A DNA stretch of 64,000 bases from an uncultured Candidatus Saccharibacteria bacterium (GCA_964477745.1 CAYZEI010000001.1:64393-128392), one strand, 5' to 3'; shown: positions 21,564-31,882, counted from the first letter of the stretch. The notes: a model not told the origin generated them from the letters alone. Program-made: numbers and translations.

Positions 21564-21788
21564 ATGTTTTCTGGACCAATCTTCAAGTTTCTCAACATTT
21601 TAGTGATGATTTTGCTGATTATTGTTATTGCCTTGCAAAATAAATCATCCGGCTTGTCTACAGTTTTTGGCGGAGCCGGTAATATTGTCCAAACCAGACG
21701 AGGCTTTGAAAAATGGCTATTTTACGCCACAATCGCTTTAGGAATTCTTTTTGTTTTAATTAACATCGGCTTCTTGTTTAAGTCATAA
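21564..21788 (+). CDS. secG: Preprotein translocase subunit SecG
   Basis: Two TM helices with LLQ..KS.GLS..FGG loop typical of SecG. Confidence 0.7.
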   Translation: MFSGPIFKFLNILVMILLIIVIALQNKSSGLSTVFGGAGNIVQTRRGFEKWLFYATIALGILFVLINIGFLFKS

Positions 21789-21877
21789 TAATCCAAATAT
21801 ACGAATTTTATCCGAATGACCCGAAACCCTTTTAGGAACATTCGGATAAACATTTAAAGCATTAGGATTATACTGTA

Positions 21878-23632
21878 ATGAACGGTTTTCCTCACAATTT
21901 AATCTCTTACACCAAGTCAGCAACCCTCGGCGTTAAAGAGCTAAAACATCTAAGCCTTTCCCGTTTGCGGAAAGTTTTTTCTTTAATGGGCAAACGGGAA
22001 AAAATAACTCTTTTTGCCTTGCTGGCAGCGGCTATTATTAGTCTGATTTGGTCCGGCCGAAATTTTTATATAAACCACACCAACCCGGTGTCTAATTTTG
22101 GCGGAGCATATAGCGAAGGACTACTTGGCCAACCAACTTATATAAATCCCCTATTGGCGCACCAAGAAGCAGAACTGGCTTTAACAAAATTAGTTTTTTC
22201 CGGTCTTTATAAATATGATTCTACCGGTCAACTAACCTCGGATTTGGCCGATGGCATGCCCCAAATCTCCCCGGATCAAAAACAATACACCATTAATTTA
22301 AGACGTGACGCAAAGTGGCATAACGACAAGCCAATAACCGCAGACGACGTCACCTACACTTTTCAGCTCTTAAAGGACCCTGCTTACAAAAGCCCGCTCA
22401 GACCGCTTTGGCAATCCACCACCGTGGAAAAACTGTCCGATTATAGCGTAAAATTTACCACCAAAGATATTTCCGGGCCGTTTATTGAAAATTTGACTCT
22501 GCCGTTATTGCCAAAAAATATTTGGAGTAAGGTCGATTCCCAAAATTTCCTTCTTTCAAAATTCAATTTGGAAGCTATCGGCAGTGGCCCTTATGTAATT
22601 AAACAAATTAAAAAATTATCCAGCGGTAAAATTGAACAAATCTCCCTTCAGGCCAATGCCCAACACTATGCCGGCCGGCCAAAAATTGACCTGTTAACCG
22701 TAAAATTTTACGACTCCGAAGATGATATGCTCAATGCCTTCCATAGTCGAGAAATTCTGGGCTTTGGATTTATTCCATTAGGCAGTAGCTTATACCTGGA
22801 CAAAGAGCAGGACAGCAGCCAGATTTTTCAAATTCCCTTGCCTCAGTACCAGGTTGTATTTTTTAACTTAAATAACAAAATTTTGGCAGATCAGAGCATT
22901 CGTAAGGCTCTATCTTTGGCCACCAACAAAAAACAAATTATAGAAGAGGTGTTTAAAAACAATGCCTTACTCCCCTCTTCTCCTTTTCTATTTGCCGAAC
23001 AAAGAAATTTCCAAACCCCAACAACAGAAACGAATCCGGAACAGGCCAAAGTTCAATTAGACGCCGCCGGTTGGACCGTAAATTCGGAAACTGGACTCAG
23101 AACCAGTAAAAAAGGCACTCCTTTAGAAATCTCTCTGGCGACAAGCGACAGCTTAACCAATGCCAAGGCCGCGGAAATTTTAGCCAACCAATGGCGTGCT
23201 TTAAATATTAAAGTAAATTTGGTTATTTTACCCAGCAAACAACTAACCGATACTTTAATTAAACCTCGAACTTTTGATGTTTTACTTTTCCCGCAAAAAT
23301 TCGGCGCGGACCCGGACCCATTCTTATTTTGGCATTCCAGCCAAGCCAAAGATCCTGGGGTTAATCTGACAGGCTTTCAAGATGCGACAGCAGATAAATT
23401 AATTACCGATGCCAGAACCACAACAGACCGAAAAACCAGGCAAGGGATCTACGAGCAATTTAATCAAATTATTTTGGACAAAGCTCCGGTGATATTTTTA
23501 GACCAGACTGAATACGTTTATGCCCTAGATAAAAATATAAAAAATATTAATATAAGCTTTTTACCAGAACCGGCAATGCGATTTTACAATTTACAAAACT
23601 GGTACATAAATACAAAAAGGGTTTGGAAATAA
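21878..23632 (+). CDS. ABC transporter substrate-binding protein, family 5 (peptide/nickel type), membrane-anchored
   Basis: Length and motifs (AKWHNDKPITADDVTYTF) typical of SBP_bac_5; N-terminal TM anchor. Confidence 0.7.
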   Translation: MNGFPHNLISYTKSATLGVKELKHLSLSRLRKVFSLMGKREKITLFALLAAAIISLIWSGRNFYINHTNPVSNFGGAYSEGLLGQPTYINPLLAHQEAELALTKLVFSGLYKYDSTGQLTSDLADGMPQISPDQKQYTINLRRDAKWHNDKPITADDVTYTFQLLKDPAYKSPLRPLWQSTTVEKLSDYSVKFTTKDISGPFIENLTLPLLPKNIWSKVDSQNFLLSKFNLEAIGSGPYVIKQIKKLSSGKIEQISLQANAQHYAGRPKIDLLTVKFYDSEDDMLNAFHSREILGFGFIPLGSSLYLDKEQDSSQIFQIPLPQYQVVFFNLNNKILADQSIRKALSLATNKKQIIEEVFKNNALLPSSPFLFAEQRNFQTPTTETNPEQAKVQLDAAGWTVNSETGLRTSKKGTPLEISLATSDSLTNAKAAEILANQWRALNIKVNLVILPSKQLTDTLIKPRTFDVLLFPQKFGADPDPFLFWHSSQAKDPGVNLTGFQDATADKLITDARTTTDRKTRQGIYEQFNQIILDKAPVIFLDQTEYVYALDKNIKNINISFLPEPAMRFYNLQNWYINTKRVWK

Positions 23633-23832
23633 TACTACAGTGGGGGTACTACACCTGCCCGCCATGCCTTACCTGACTAGTAGACTAACCTTTGTTAAAA
23701 AATAGACTCTAAAAAAATTAACACTGATTTTCCAAGCAGGCGTTGGCAGGCGGGGAAGCCTACAGAATAATCCCAATTTCTTAAATCGATATAACTTTAA
23801 TTTGGTTTGAAAATATTCTATACTAACAACAC

Positions 23833-23919
23833 GCCGCGGTGGTGGAATTGGCATACACGTACGCTTCAGGTGCGTATGGCCGCAAGGCCGTGAGGGTTCA
23901 AGTCCCTCCCGCGGCACCA
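23833..23919 (+). tRNA. tRNA-Leu (anticodon CAG), class II with long variable arm, CCA encoded
   Basis: Acceptor GCCGCGG/CCGCGGC, anticodon loop TTCAGGT, T-loop GGTTCAAGTCC. Confidence 0.85.
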
Positions 23920-24207
23920 AATATTTTAAACCCAAATTGACAAAAAAAGCCGTAAATGATATAATTAAGGAAATAGTTTAATTCCCCGCAGAAACAAAAG
24001 TAAAATCAGTTGGTAAATTGCAGTTAAAAAGTTCCTTTTTGTTTGCAATTTGTTAATTGCTTCATTTCAAGCAAGTTTTGTTTTAGGTCGGTATAGATTC
24101 CACTTAGAACAAAAGACAAAAAAATTAATAACTAATTCAAGCTTTTTTGCTTGAAAGAATTCCATTAACCTACGTAATATTACTTTAGGTTAATGCACTA
24201 AAACAGA

Positions 24208-26058
24208 ATGATGAAAAGACAAGATCACTCACACACAAGACCCGGCCATCAACATCGGCCGAGCAATTATTCCGGCAACCCGGCGCCGGCCAAAACCGAT
24301 CGTTTGGATATGCTAATTAGCAAAGCCACGGATATGGTTCCGGCCAAAGCCCCAACAACTTTAAATACCAGTCGTTATACCGCCTCCAGACAAAACTTAC
24401 GCATTATCCCTATGGGTGGTGTGGAAGAAGTCGGAGAAAATATGACAGTGCTGGAATTTGGCGATGACTTAATTGTTATTGACATGGGACTGGCCTTTCC
24501 GGACGACACTATGCCGGGAATCGACTATATTATTCCTGACACAAAATGGCTGGAAGAAAACAAACGCCGAATCCGTGGAGTAATTATTACTCACGGTCAC
24601 TTGGACCACATTGGTGCCATTCCTTACATTTTGCCGAAAATCGGTGACCCGCCGGTTTACACCATGGGTCTGACCGCTGCGTTTATAAAAAAACGCCTGG
24701 AGGAATTCGGATTACTTGGACGCTCAAAAATTCACACCTTAACCAAAGACGATGTCTTGGCTTTGGGTAATTTTAAAATTCGCTTTTTTAGGCTTAACCA
24801 CAGCATCCCCGACTCTGTCGGCTTGTGCATTACTACTCCGGTCGGACAAATAATTTATGCCACTGACTGGAAATTTGACCACACCCCGGCTGACGGCAAA
24901 CCAACCGAGTTTGATAAAATTGCCAAATTTGGCGCCGAAGGAGTAACCCTTTTAATGTCCGATTCCACCAATGCCACTAAACCCGGCTACTGCGCTTCTG
25001 AACGTGAAATCGGCTTAACCATTGACCGAACCTTCGCCGATATTAAGGGTAGAATTATTTTTGCCAACTTTTCCACCAACATTTCCCGTATTCAGCAAGT
25101 GTTTGACTCTGCGGCCAAATATAACCGCAAAGTTATTGTTACCGGACGCAGTTTGGTAAATAATATTGAAATTGCGTTGTCTTTAAATTATTTAAAGATC
25201 CAACCAAAAATTATTATCAAATCGGAAGCAGCCAAGAAGTTTCCGGATAGCCAAATTTTAATTTTGACCACCGGAGCCCAAGGGGAAGAAGCGGCCGGCT
25301 TGGCGCGAATTGCCCGTGGTGACCACAAAACTGTAAAAATTAAAAAGGGTGATACTACTATTGTCTCCGCCTCCCCAATTCCGGGTAACGAACGCGCTAT
25401 TTCCGCTATGTTGTCCAACCTGACACGTTTGGGCAGTCACGTTATTTATAACAAAACTTTAGACATTCATACTTCCGGTCACGCGCACCAAGAAGAATTA
25501 AAACTGATGATGGCTTTGGTAAAGCCGAAATTCTTTATGCCAATTCACGGTGAACACCATATGATTGTGGCTCACGCGGAATTGGCCAAAGTTATGAGCA
25601 TTCCGGAAGACCGGGTGTTTGCTTTAGACAACGGACAAATTTTGGAAATTACTTCCGCTCAAGAAGCCAAGGTTACTTCCGATTCCAAAATTTCCACCGG
25701 ATATGTATTTATAGACGGCCTGGGTATTGGTGATGTCGGCGAAGTGGTCATTCGCGATCGCCAAGTAATGGCGCAAGACGGAATGTTTGTTATTATTATG
25801 ACATTGGATCGACGCACCGGAAAACTTATAAACCAAGCGGATATTATTTCTCGAGGGTTTATATATATGAAGGGCAATGACGATTTAATCCGCGAAGTAA
25901 AACACGAGGTACGAAAGTTAGTGGAATCCAAAGGCAAAGAAAAATTGGAACCAAACTATGCATACTTGCGCAACATCGTTCGCGATGAAATCGGCGAATA
26001 CCTCTATCAAAAAACGGAAAGACGCCCAATGGTCTTGCCAGTCGTAATAGAAATCTAG
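24208..26058 (+). CDS. rnj: Ribonuclease J (metallo-beta-lactamase/beta-CASP) with ~65-aa N-terminal extension
   Basis: ITHGHLDHIGAIPY motif, beta-CASP and C-terminal domain. Confidence 0.9.
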   Translation: MMKRQDHSHTRPGHQHRPSNYSGNPAPAKTDRLDMLISKATDMVPAKAPTTLNTSRYTASRQNLRIIPMGGVEEVGENMTVLEFGDDLIVIDMGLAFPDDTMPGIDYIIPDTKWLEENKRRIRGVIITHGHLDHIGAIPYILPKIGDPPVYTMGLTAAFIKKRLEEFGLLGRSKIHTLTKDDVLALGNFKIRFFRLNHSIPDSVGLCITTPVGQIIYATDWKFDHTPADGKPTEFDKIAKFGAEGVTLLMSDSTNATKPGYCASEREIGLTIDRTFADIKGRIIFANFSTNISRIQQVFDSAAKYNRKVIVTGRSLVNNIEIALSLNYLKIQPKIIIKSEAAKKFPDSQILILTTGAQGEEAAGLARIARGDHKTVKIKKGDTTIVSASPIPGNERAISAMLSNLTRLGSHVIYNKTLDIHTSGHAHQEELKLMMALVKPKFFMPIHGEHHMIVAHAELAKVMSIPEDRVFALDNGQILEITSAQEAKVTSDSKISTGYVFIDGLGIGDVGEVVIRDRQVMAQDGMFVIIMTLDRRTGKLINQADIISRGFIYMKGNDDLIREVKHEVRKLVESKGKEKLEPNYAYLRNIVRDEIGEYLYQKTERRPMVLPVVIEI

Positions 26059-26134
26059 CAAAATCATTAGACCCCGCCCTTTGTTCACAAAGAGCGGGGT
26101 TTTTGTTACCATTAAATAACTAGTTAATTCGCAA

Positions 26135-26755
26135 ATGAAAAATCGCCTACTAACATTTTTATTAATTATTGCCGGCCTATTGCCAATAATCCGTTTATCT
26201 CAAGACGGGGTTTCTTCCATTCTGATTTTTTCAATATTTGTCCTGGTATTTTTATGGACCGGGCTTCAGCGTGTTTCCGCTAAACTGCCCATTCCCCTTA
26301 CCATGCAATTTATTGGCTTGGGAATTATTGTTGGGGGAATTACCCAAATTTTTGTGCAAATGGAAGGCTTTGAAAAATCTTTCAGCCCAAATCCGGTTAG
26401 TCATTTCATCCAAGCCCTGACTATTTATTTTTGGGTTATTGTTGCTTGGTATTTTATGCTAAAAAAATATAACTTCTCAACCTGGGATATTTATTGGGTG
26501 ACAGGAATTTGGGGAGTGGTGTTTGAAGCTGTCCTACTGTATGGAGCACTCAATCCATTAATCTGGTTATTTATTTTTGTGGTTTACGGGTCCTTTGCAA
26601 CTATTCCATTTTTGCTGACGCAGGGAAAATTTATGTTGATCCCTCGACCCAAACCAAGCAAAAAAAATTACCTGACCATGTTCGTCCTGCTTGTACTTGC
26701 CCTGGTCATGTCTAACCTACTAATTTTTGTTTTGTCTAAATTTGGGGTCCGTTAA
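26135..26755 (+). CDS. Integral membrane protein (6 TM), unknown function
   Basis: Hydrophobicity pattern only. Confidence 0.5.
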   Translation: MKNRLLTFLLIIAGLLPIIRLSQDGVSSILIFSIFVLVFLWTGLQRVSAKLPIPLTMQFIGLGIIVGGITQIFVQMEGFEKSFSPNPVSHFIQALTIYFWVIVAWYFMLKKYNFSTWDIYWVTGIWGVVFEAVLLYGALNPLIWLFIFVVYGSFATIPFLLTQGKFMLIPRPKPSKKNYLTMFVLLVLALVMSNLLIFVLSKFGVR

Positions 26756-26780
26756 GCCCATATCCTAATAACCCTGCTTC

Positions 26781-26809
26781 TTGGGTATTAAGCAGGGCTA
26801 TGCTATAAT
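26781..26809 (+). promoter_or_regulatory. Promoter with extended -10 (TTGGGT-N17-TGcTATAAT) for small ORF 26833..27015
   Basis: Consensus spacing, followed by AAGGAGG RBS. Confidence 0.5.
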
Positions 26810-26832
26810 TTTTAACGAAGGAGGAATCCACG

Positions 26833-27015
26833 ATGTTTCAGTGGGTTCTGGGTTCGGGATTACTAACGCGCTCAACTATTATTCCGGCGAATGGAACCAC
26901 AGATTCCACCACCGCCAAACCGGCATCAGCCTCACCAGCTCCACAACCAACTCTCACGGCTGAAGAAATCATCACTCTGACAGCCGATGAAATTACCCCC
27001 TCTGAACATTTCTAA
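26833..27015 (+). CDS. Small 60-aa protein/peptide of unknown function
   Basis: Strong promoter and AAGGAGG-N7-ATG, hairpin terminator downstream at ~27040..27075. Confidence 0.35.
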   Translation: MFQWVLGSGLLTRSTIIPANGTTDSTTAKPASASPAPQPTLTAEEIITLTADEITPSEHF

Positions 27016-27107
27016 AACCCGCCCCAAAGCGGCCCTCATTTAGGCCACGAACCCCCAAGTCCGTGGCCACCTTTTTATTTATTGAAACTATTTGCTATAA
27101 TAACTGC

Positions 27108-28085
27108 ATGGAAAAATCGTTAACAATTGTTTCCGGCATCAGAGCCAGCGGAAAACTTCACATCGGCAATTATTTGGGGGCCTTAAAGCAGTTTATTGAA
27201 CTGCAAGACCAGGGCCATAATTGCTATTTTTTTATTGCCGACCTGCACGGTATGACTACCCCGTTTAAACCGGCTGAGCTTTCGGCAAATACGCTTGATG
27301 TGGCTGCTACTTACTTAGCTGCCGGTATAAACCCTGAAAAGTCCACTTTCTTTTTACAAAATCACGTACTTGAACACGCGACCTTGGCTTGGATTTTTAA
27401 CTGCATTACCCCACTTGGGGAATTGGAGCGGATGACCCAGTATAAAGATAAGTCCAAAACCCAAAAAGACAGCATCAATGCCGGACTGCTAACCTACCCG
27501 GCCCTAATGGCTGCGGATATATTAATTTATAAGCCAACGGCAGTGCCTGTGGGTGAAGATCAAATCCAGCATGTGGAATTAACCCGCGAAATCGCCCGCA
27601 AATTTAACAGCAGGTTTGGTCAAACTTTTCCCGAGCCAAAACCGTTTATGCAAAAACCTTTGCGCATAATGTCGCTCACTGACCCGGAGAAAAAAATGAG
27701 CAAAACCGGTGACGAAGCCATTTTAATGGATGACTCCCCTGCCGAAATTACCCGCAAACTAAAAAAAGCCGTTACCGCCACCGAAGGCAATAGCAAATCA
27801 CCGGGAGTGGATAATTTATTTTTCTTACTGGAACAATTTGGCACTAAAGAAGAAGTCGCGTTCTTTAAAGACCAGCAAAAAGCCGGTAATTTGAAATTCA
27901 GCGAACTAAAAGAAACCTTAGCCAAAGAAATTAGCACCTACTTTGCGGAGTTCCGAGAAGAAAAACAGAAGCTATTGGACAAACCGGACTATATTGCCCA
28001 AGTGCTGGGACAAGGTGCCTCCCGCGCCCGCGCCATTGCGCAAGCGACTCTAATTGAAGTAAAAGAAAAAATCGGACTGCTCTAA
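27108..28085 (+). CDS. trpS: Tryptophanyl-tRNA synthetase
   Basis: HIGN (HIGH) and KMSKT (KMSKS) class I motifs; start at MEKSLT directly after TATAAT. Confidence 0.9.
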   Translation: MEKSLTIVSGIRASGKLHIGNYLGALKQFIELQDQGHNCYFFIADLHGMTTPFKPAELSANTLDVAATYLAAGINPEKSTFFLQNHVLEHATLAWIFNCITPLGELERMTQYKDKSKTQKDSINAGLLTYPALMAADILIYKPTAVPVGEDQIQHVELTREIARKFNSRFGQTFPEPKPFMQKPLRIMSLTDPEKKMSKTGDEAILMDDSPAEITRKLKKAVTATEGNSKSPGVDNLFFLLEQFGTKEEVAFFKDQQKAGNLKFSELKETLAKEISTYFAEFREEKQKLLDKPDYIAQVLGQGASRARAIAQATLIEVKEKIGLL

Positions 28086-28140
28086 ATGAGTAGTCTTTTT
28101 TTAAATTAAAACAAATTATGATATTAAAAATAGTTATAGA

Positions 28141-28172
28141 AAAAGACAGCTAAATTTTTTCGCTGTCTTTTT
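28141..28172 (+). terminator. Terminator after trpS
   Basis: AAAGACAGC-loop-GCTGTCTTTTT. Confidence 0.6.
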
Positions 28173-28195
28173 GTGTGACTAAAAGGAGGCAATCA

Positions 28196-28507
28196 GTGCT
28201 TGCGACTAGTGTGGTTCTTATTGAATGCGAGGAGGAGGCATATGCCAGATTCCTTCATGACCAATGGCCAAGCCTACAATCCTGGTGTGGACTCTTTCCC
28301 ACCCATGGACCAGTAGAGGTCCATCGTAAGAATGTGGTCATCGCGTTGACTTGGGGTGGCCAATTCAAGCCAGAAGAAACCCCTACCTACGTCAGGGGGG
28401 TCAAAGTTTTCGCCCACTCGGGCGACTTCCATATTGCCAGGCAGGAACTCTTGGCACATAACAACACTCAGGTTCATCCTGAGACCCTCTTCGGGGGAAA
28501 AAGTTGA
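28196..28507 (+). CDS. Hypothetical 103-aa protein in GC-rich mini-island
   Basis: AAGGAGG RBS 6 nt upstream of GTG start; hairpin terminator 28538..28575. Confidence 0.35.
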   Translation: MLATSVVLIECEEEAYARFLHDQWPSLQSWCGLFPTHGPVEVHRKNVVIALTWGGQFKPEETPTYVRGVKVFAHSGDFHIARQELLAHNNTQVHPETLFGGKS

Positions 28508-28586
28508 CCACGAACAACGCAACAGTACCGACTCACAAAGAGGCCGCCGCGATTTTCATATCACGACGGCCTCAAACTTCTAACAA

Positions 28587-30041
28587 CTATTTTATTTCAT
28601 TTATATACCCGACGACTTCGTCGGTTTTTTGTTTTAATAGTTCAGCGGAGTCGGCTTCCAAATTTATACGTAAAAGGCTCTGAGTGTTGGAGCTACGGAC
28701 ATTAAACCGCCATGAGGGATAGCTAAAACTATAACCGTCGGTTGCGTCTATTCCCGCATCTTTATATTTTTCTTTTAAACTCTCCAGCACATTCGGATTT
28801 GTAAACTCAAAATTTATTTCCTCACTAATATAAAACTGCTCGCGGAATGGTTTTAAAATTTCAGAGAAAGTTTTTATAACCTCTCCCTGACCCTCCCCAT
28901 GAATTGGGGAGGGAATCTGAGTGGATAGTATTTCCAATACTGCTATAAACGGAAACAATCCATTGTCCAAATAAAAATTATCTTTAAAATAATAATGACC
29001 GGAGGTCTCATTGCCGAAAACCGCATCTTCTTTAGCCATACGTTCTTTTATAAACGAATGTCCGGCTTTGGTCATTATGGAAATTCCGCCGTTTTTTTCA
29101 ATAGTGGAATCTATTACCCGCACAACTCTAGTGTCGTGCAAAATTTTCGCACCCGGATGTTTTTGCAAATAGTACTCGGCTAGTAGCGCGTTAATATAGG
29201 CTGGAGTTACAAAAACACCGTTTTCGTCAAAAAAGAAACAACGATCCGCATCCCCGTCCCAAGCCACGCCTAAATCCGGTTTTAATTTTTTTATGGCCTC
29301 AATAGTTTCTCCGCGATTACTCGGCAACAACGGGTCGGAAGGGCCTTTAGGAAAATTCCCGTCTAGGTTTGGGTTAACTATTTCCAAAAATTCTATTGGC
29401 AACCTTTTCTTTAATTCATCTATTGCCTGCGTGGCCATACCAAAATTTGTATTGGCCACAATCTTTAAAGGTTTGATTTTAGAAATATTAAAAGATTTAA
29501 ACACATGGTCAAAATATTCCCGTTTGATATCTTGTTTCGTTACTGTCCCCCCGTTAGGCCCTGAGCCTGTCGAAGGGTTATTTCCTGCTTTTGGGTTTTC
29601 TGTAGTGTCACTTGCCACTTGCCACTTGCCACTGGTTACCAAATCTCTAATTTGGTAAATGCCCGAGTCCCCGGAAATCGGCGCCCCTTTTTCCCGCACT
29701 AACTTGAGCCCGCCAAACTCTTTTGGGTTGTGACTTGCCGTTATTTGCACTCCGCCGGCTACCGGTAAAGTAGCGGCCGCAAAATACAACTGGTCAGTAG
29801 AAGCTAAGCCTATGTCTATTACATTCACCCCGGCATCGGTTAAGGCATTAATGACCGCTTCACTAAACTCTTCTCCAGAAAGCCTCATGTCGTGCCCTAC
29901 AACTATCTTTGATCCCTTATCTTTTATTTCTAACAACTGCACATAGGCCTGGGCAATTTTATACACCAACTCAGCATTAATTTGCGTCGGATAAATTCCG
30001 CGAATGTCGTATGCTTTAAATATGGATGGATCTATGGTCAT
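28587..30041 (-). CDS. Phosphoglucomutase/phosphomannomutase family protein
   Basis: Active-site TASHNP loop, four-domain phosphohexomutase length. Confidence 0.85.
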   Translation of the reverse strand: MTIDPSIFKAYDIRGIYPTQINAELVYKIAQAYVQLLEIKDKGSKIVVGHDMRLSGEEFSEAVINALTDAGVNVIDIGLASTDQLYFAAATLPVAGGVQITASHNPKEFGGLKLVREKGAPISGDSGIYQIRDLVTSGKWQVASDTTENPKAGNNPSTGSGPNGGTVTKQDIKREYFDHVFKSFNISKIKPLKIVANTNFGMATQAIDELKKRLPIEFLEIVNPNLDGNFPKGPSDPLLPSNRGETIEAIKKLKPDLGVAWDGDADRCFFFDENGVFVTPAYINALLAEYYLQKHPGAKILHDTRVVRVIDSTIEKNGGISIMTKAGHSFIKERMAKEDAVFGNETSGHYYFKDNFYLDNGLFPFIAVLEILSTQIPSPIHGEGQGEVIKTFSEILKPFREQFYISEEINFEFTNPNVLESLKEKYKDAGIDATDGYSFSYPSWRFNVRSSNTQSLLRINLEADSAELLKQKTDEVVGYINEIK

Positions 30042-30409
30042 AAAGTTTCGTCTACAGTTTTTAATGCATCTAAAAATTCTTGTGGGGCACCGGTAATAAT
30101 TTCATTATTTTGATTTGGTCTAAAAGCAATTTTGCCATCAGCCATTTGAATAGCACCAGACTTTGCATACCCTGCAGTTACCTGCCCTTGTTGTAATTTT
30201 GCTTGTCTAACATCAATTCCCTTTACGCCTAAATATTGCTTTAATTCCAAAAGCTCCCTAGGGCTTAATGAACTAATCTGTCGTTCTTGCAAGCCAACTT
30301 CCGGACCAACAAGATGCTCGTATTCTATTCCACGATCAGCTTTAAAAGGAGGCTCACCCCCTGCAATTTTTGCTATATATGGACTTGTGCCTTTAGGTCT
30401 TTCAGTCAT
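30038..30409 (-). CDS. Hypothetical 123-aa protein (downstream member of a two-gene pair)
   Basis: ORF with 4-nt overlap to PGM start; no recognised domain. Confidence 0.4.
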   Translation of the reverse strand: MTERPKGTSPYIAKIAGGEPPFKADRGIEYEHLVGPEVGLQERQISSLSPRELLELKQYLGVKGIDVRQAKLQQGQVTAGYAKSGAIQMADGKIAFRPNQNNEIITGAPQEFLDALKTVDETL

Positions 30410-30411
30410 AA

Positions 30412-30801
30412 TTAAATTTTATTATTTTTATGATTATAACCTTTGTGTTGCGCTGAAACTTTATCGTATTTAAAAAACTTGCTATAAAACTCGCTCGGCA
30501 GACCAACATAAACAAAACTTTTGCCATTACTTTCCACTGTTACAACTAATTCCCTTCCTCTAACTTCTACTTTCGCAAAAGGCACAAATTTTTTCCCTAA
30601 CTCTTCGGCAGATAATGCTTTTACGCTTTTTTCCGGAAAAAACCCAGCCAAAGCAAATAATTTATGTACCTCTGCCAACTCAACATGGTTATTATTCTCG
30701 ATGGATGCCAAACTTACCACAATACTCCCTGAAAATTCCACATTTCTTGCAGCCTCGGCTTTATTGCTTAAAAAACCTCTAGTTATATTTCGATTTTCCA
30801 T
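30412..30801 (-). CDS. Hypothetical 129-aa protein (upstream member of the pair)
   Basis: 2-nt spacing to next ORF. Confidence 0.4.
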   Translation of the reverse strand: MENRNITRGFLSNKAEAARNVEFSGSIVVSLASIENNNHVELAEVHKLFALAGFFPEKSVKALSAEELGKKFVPFAKVEVRGRELVVTVESNGKSFVYVGLPSEFYSKFFKYDKVSAQHKGYNHKNNKI

Positions 30802-30954
30802 AAATTTATTCTACTTCCTCAACCCCTTTAAGTCAATTTTCGAGTTTGTCTAATTTTATATGTAATTACGTATAAAATTGGGCAAAAGAAAAAGCGACAG
30901 GGACGTATGGAGAATACGTCAAACCTGTCGCCTATGGCGGATGAACATGAACGG

Positions 30955-31158
30955 TCAGTAGGTGCGCGCGAAGAGGAACGAGCGCATTTCACGATCGGCC
31001 TGACGATCATGCAACTCTCTCTCTTTTTTGGAAACAAGCGCCTCGGCTGCGCGCCCACGGGGAGCACCTTTCATTTTACGCCTTCGGGCGGCTTTTGGCC
31101 CACCTTTTACCATTCCGCCTGCCGCGGTTCTAATTCGTGGCTGACCATGACCACTCAT
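30955..31158 (-). CDS. Small highly basic protein (67 aa, R/K/G/P-rich) in GC-rich island
   Basis: AAGGAGTG RBS 6 nt from ATG; hairpin terminator 30889..30935. Confidence 0.3.
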   Translation of the reverse strand: MSGHGQPRIRTAAGGMVKGGPKAARRRKMKGAPRGRAAEALVSKKERELHDRQADREMRSFLFARTY

Positions 31159-31319
31159 ACAATTCACTCCTTTGAACTGGATTTCGGTGACCTTGAAAAT
31201 AAATTTAGGCAACCGAATTTAATATAAATATTAATCCCGTTGTCGGAATTTGTCAAAAGAAAGAGGCGCGGGGAGTCATTGGGAATTGACTCGCGACCGC
31301 GCCCTTGATGATTTCTGAA

Positions 31320-31775
31320 CTACCGATTCAAGCCGGCAAGCTCTGGCAGTGTGCCGTAGTAGCCGACATACCGTTTTTGGCCGGCGACATTTGCTTCAAA
31401 CAATAGAGCCAGCACCCCTACCTTTCCGGAGGGTCTATCGGTCTCCAACTTCCGACAGTCCCAGACCCGAAACTCCGAGTCGCTTGATTCAACGCTGAGA
31501 CGACGCCCCAAACGGCGCCATTCGGCTGCCAGTTTGTCGTACGACATTTTGTGCTTGCGCGATTGCCCTGCCCAGCAGGACTTTTCCTGGGCGTAAAAAC
31601 CATACACCCCGGCTTCGGTTAGAAGTTCGAGGATATAAACCAGAAGCACCTGGTCTCGACACAACCGGACGTGGCACAAATCTACACGTCCTCCTGACGG
31701 ATCTTTCAGAAATAGAGCCACTGGCTCACCTCCTACAAGTCTGTATTTTTCATAAGGCGAAATTAATCGCCCCAA
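31320..31775 (-). CDS. Hypothetical 151-aa protein in GC-rich island (TTG start)
   Basis: Open frame with GC-rich codon usage distinct from host; terminator hairpin 31262..31297. Confidence 0.3.
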   Translation of the reverse strand: MGRLISPYEKYRLVGGEPVALFLKDPSGGRVDLCHVRLCRDQVLLVYILELLTEAGVYGFYAQEKSCWAGQSRKHKMSYDKLAAEWRRLGRRLSVESSDSEFRVWDCRKLETDRPSGKVGVLALLFEANVAGQKRYVGYYGTLPELAGLNR

Positions 31776-31882
31776 GATTTGAGCAGTATAACAAATAAGT
31801 TTAATAAAAGAAAGAGGCGGCCCAGGGTTACCAGGCCGCCTTGCACATCGCGTTGTGGGCGGGTGCTTGCGGGGGAACTATT

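Noticed and set aside
31320-31775. Calling the 151-aa GC-island protein a rolling-circle Rep or other replication initiator
   Set aside because: I see no HUH or YxxK motifs or other family signatures. Only a weak impression, so it is left as hypothetical.
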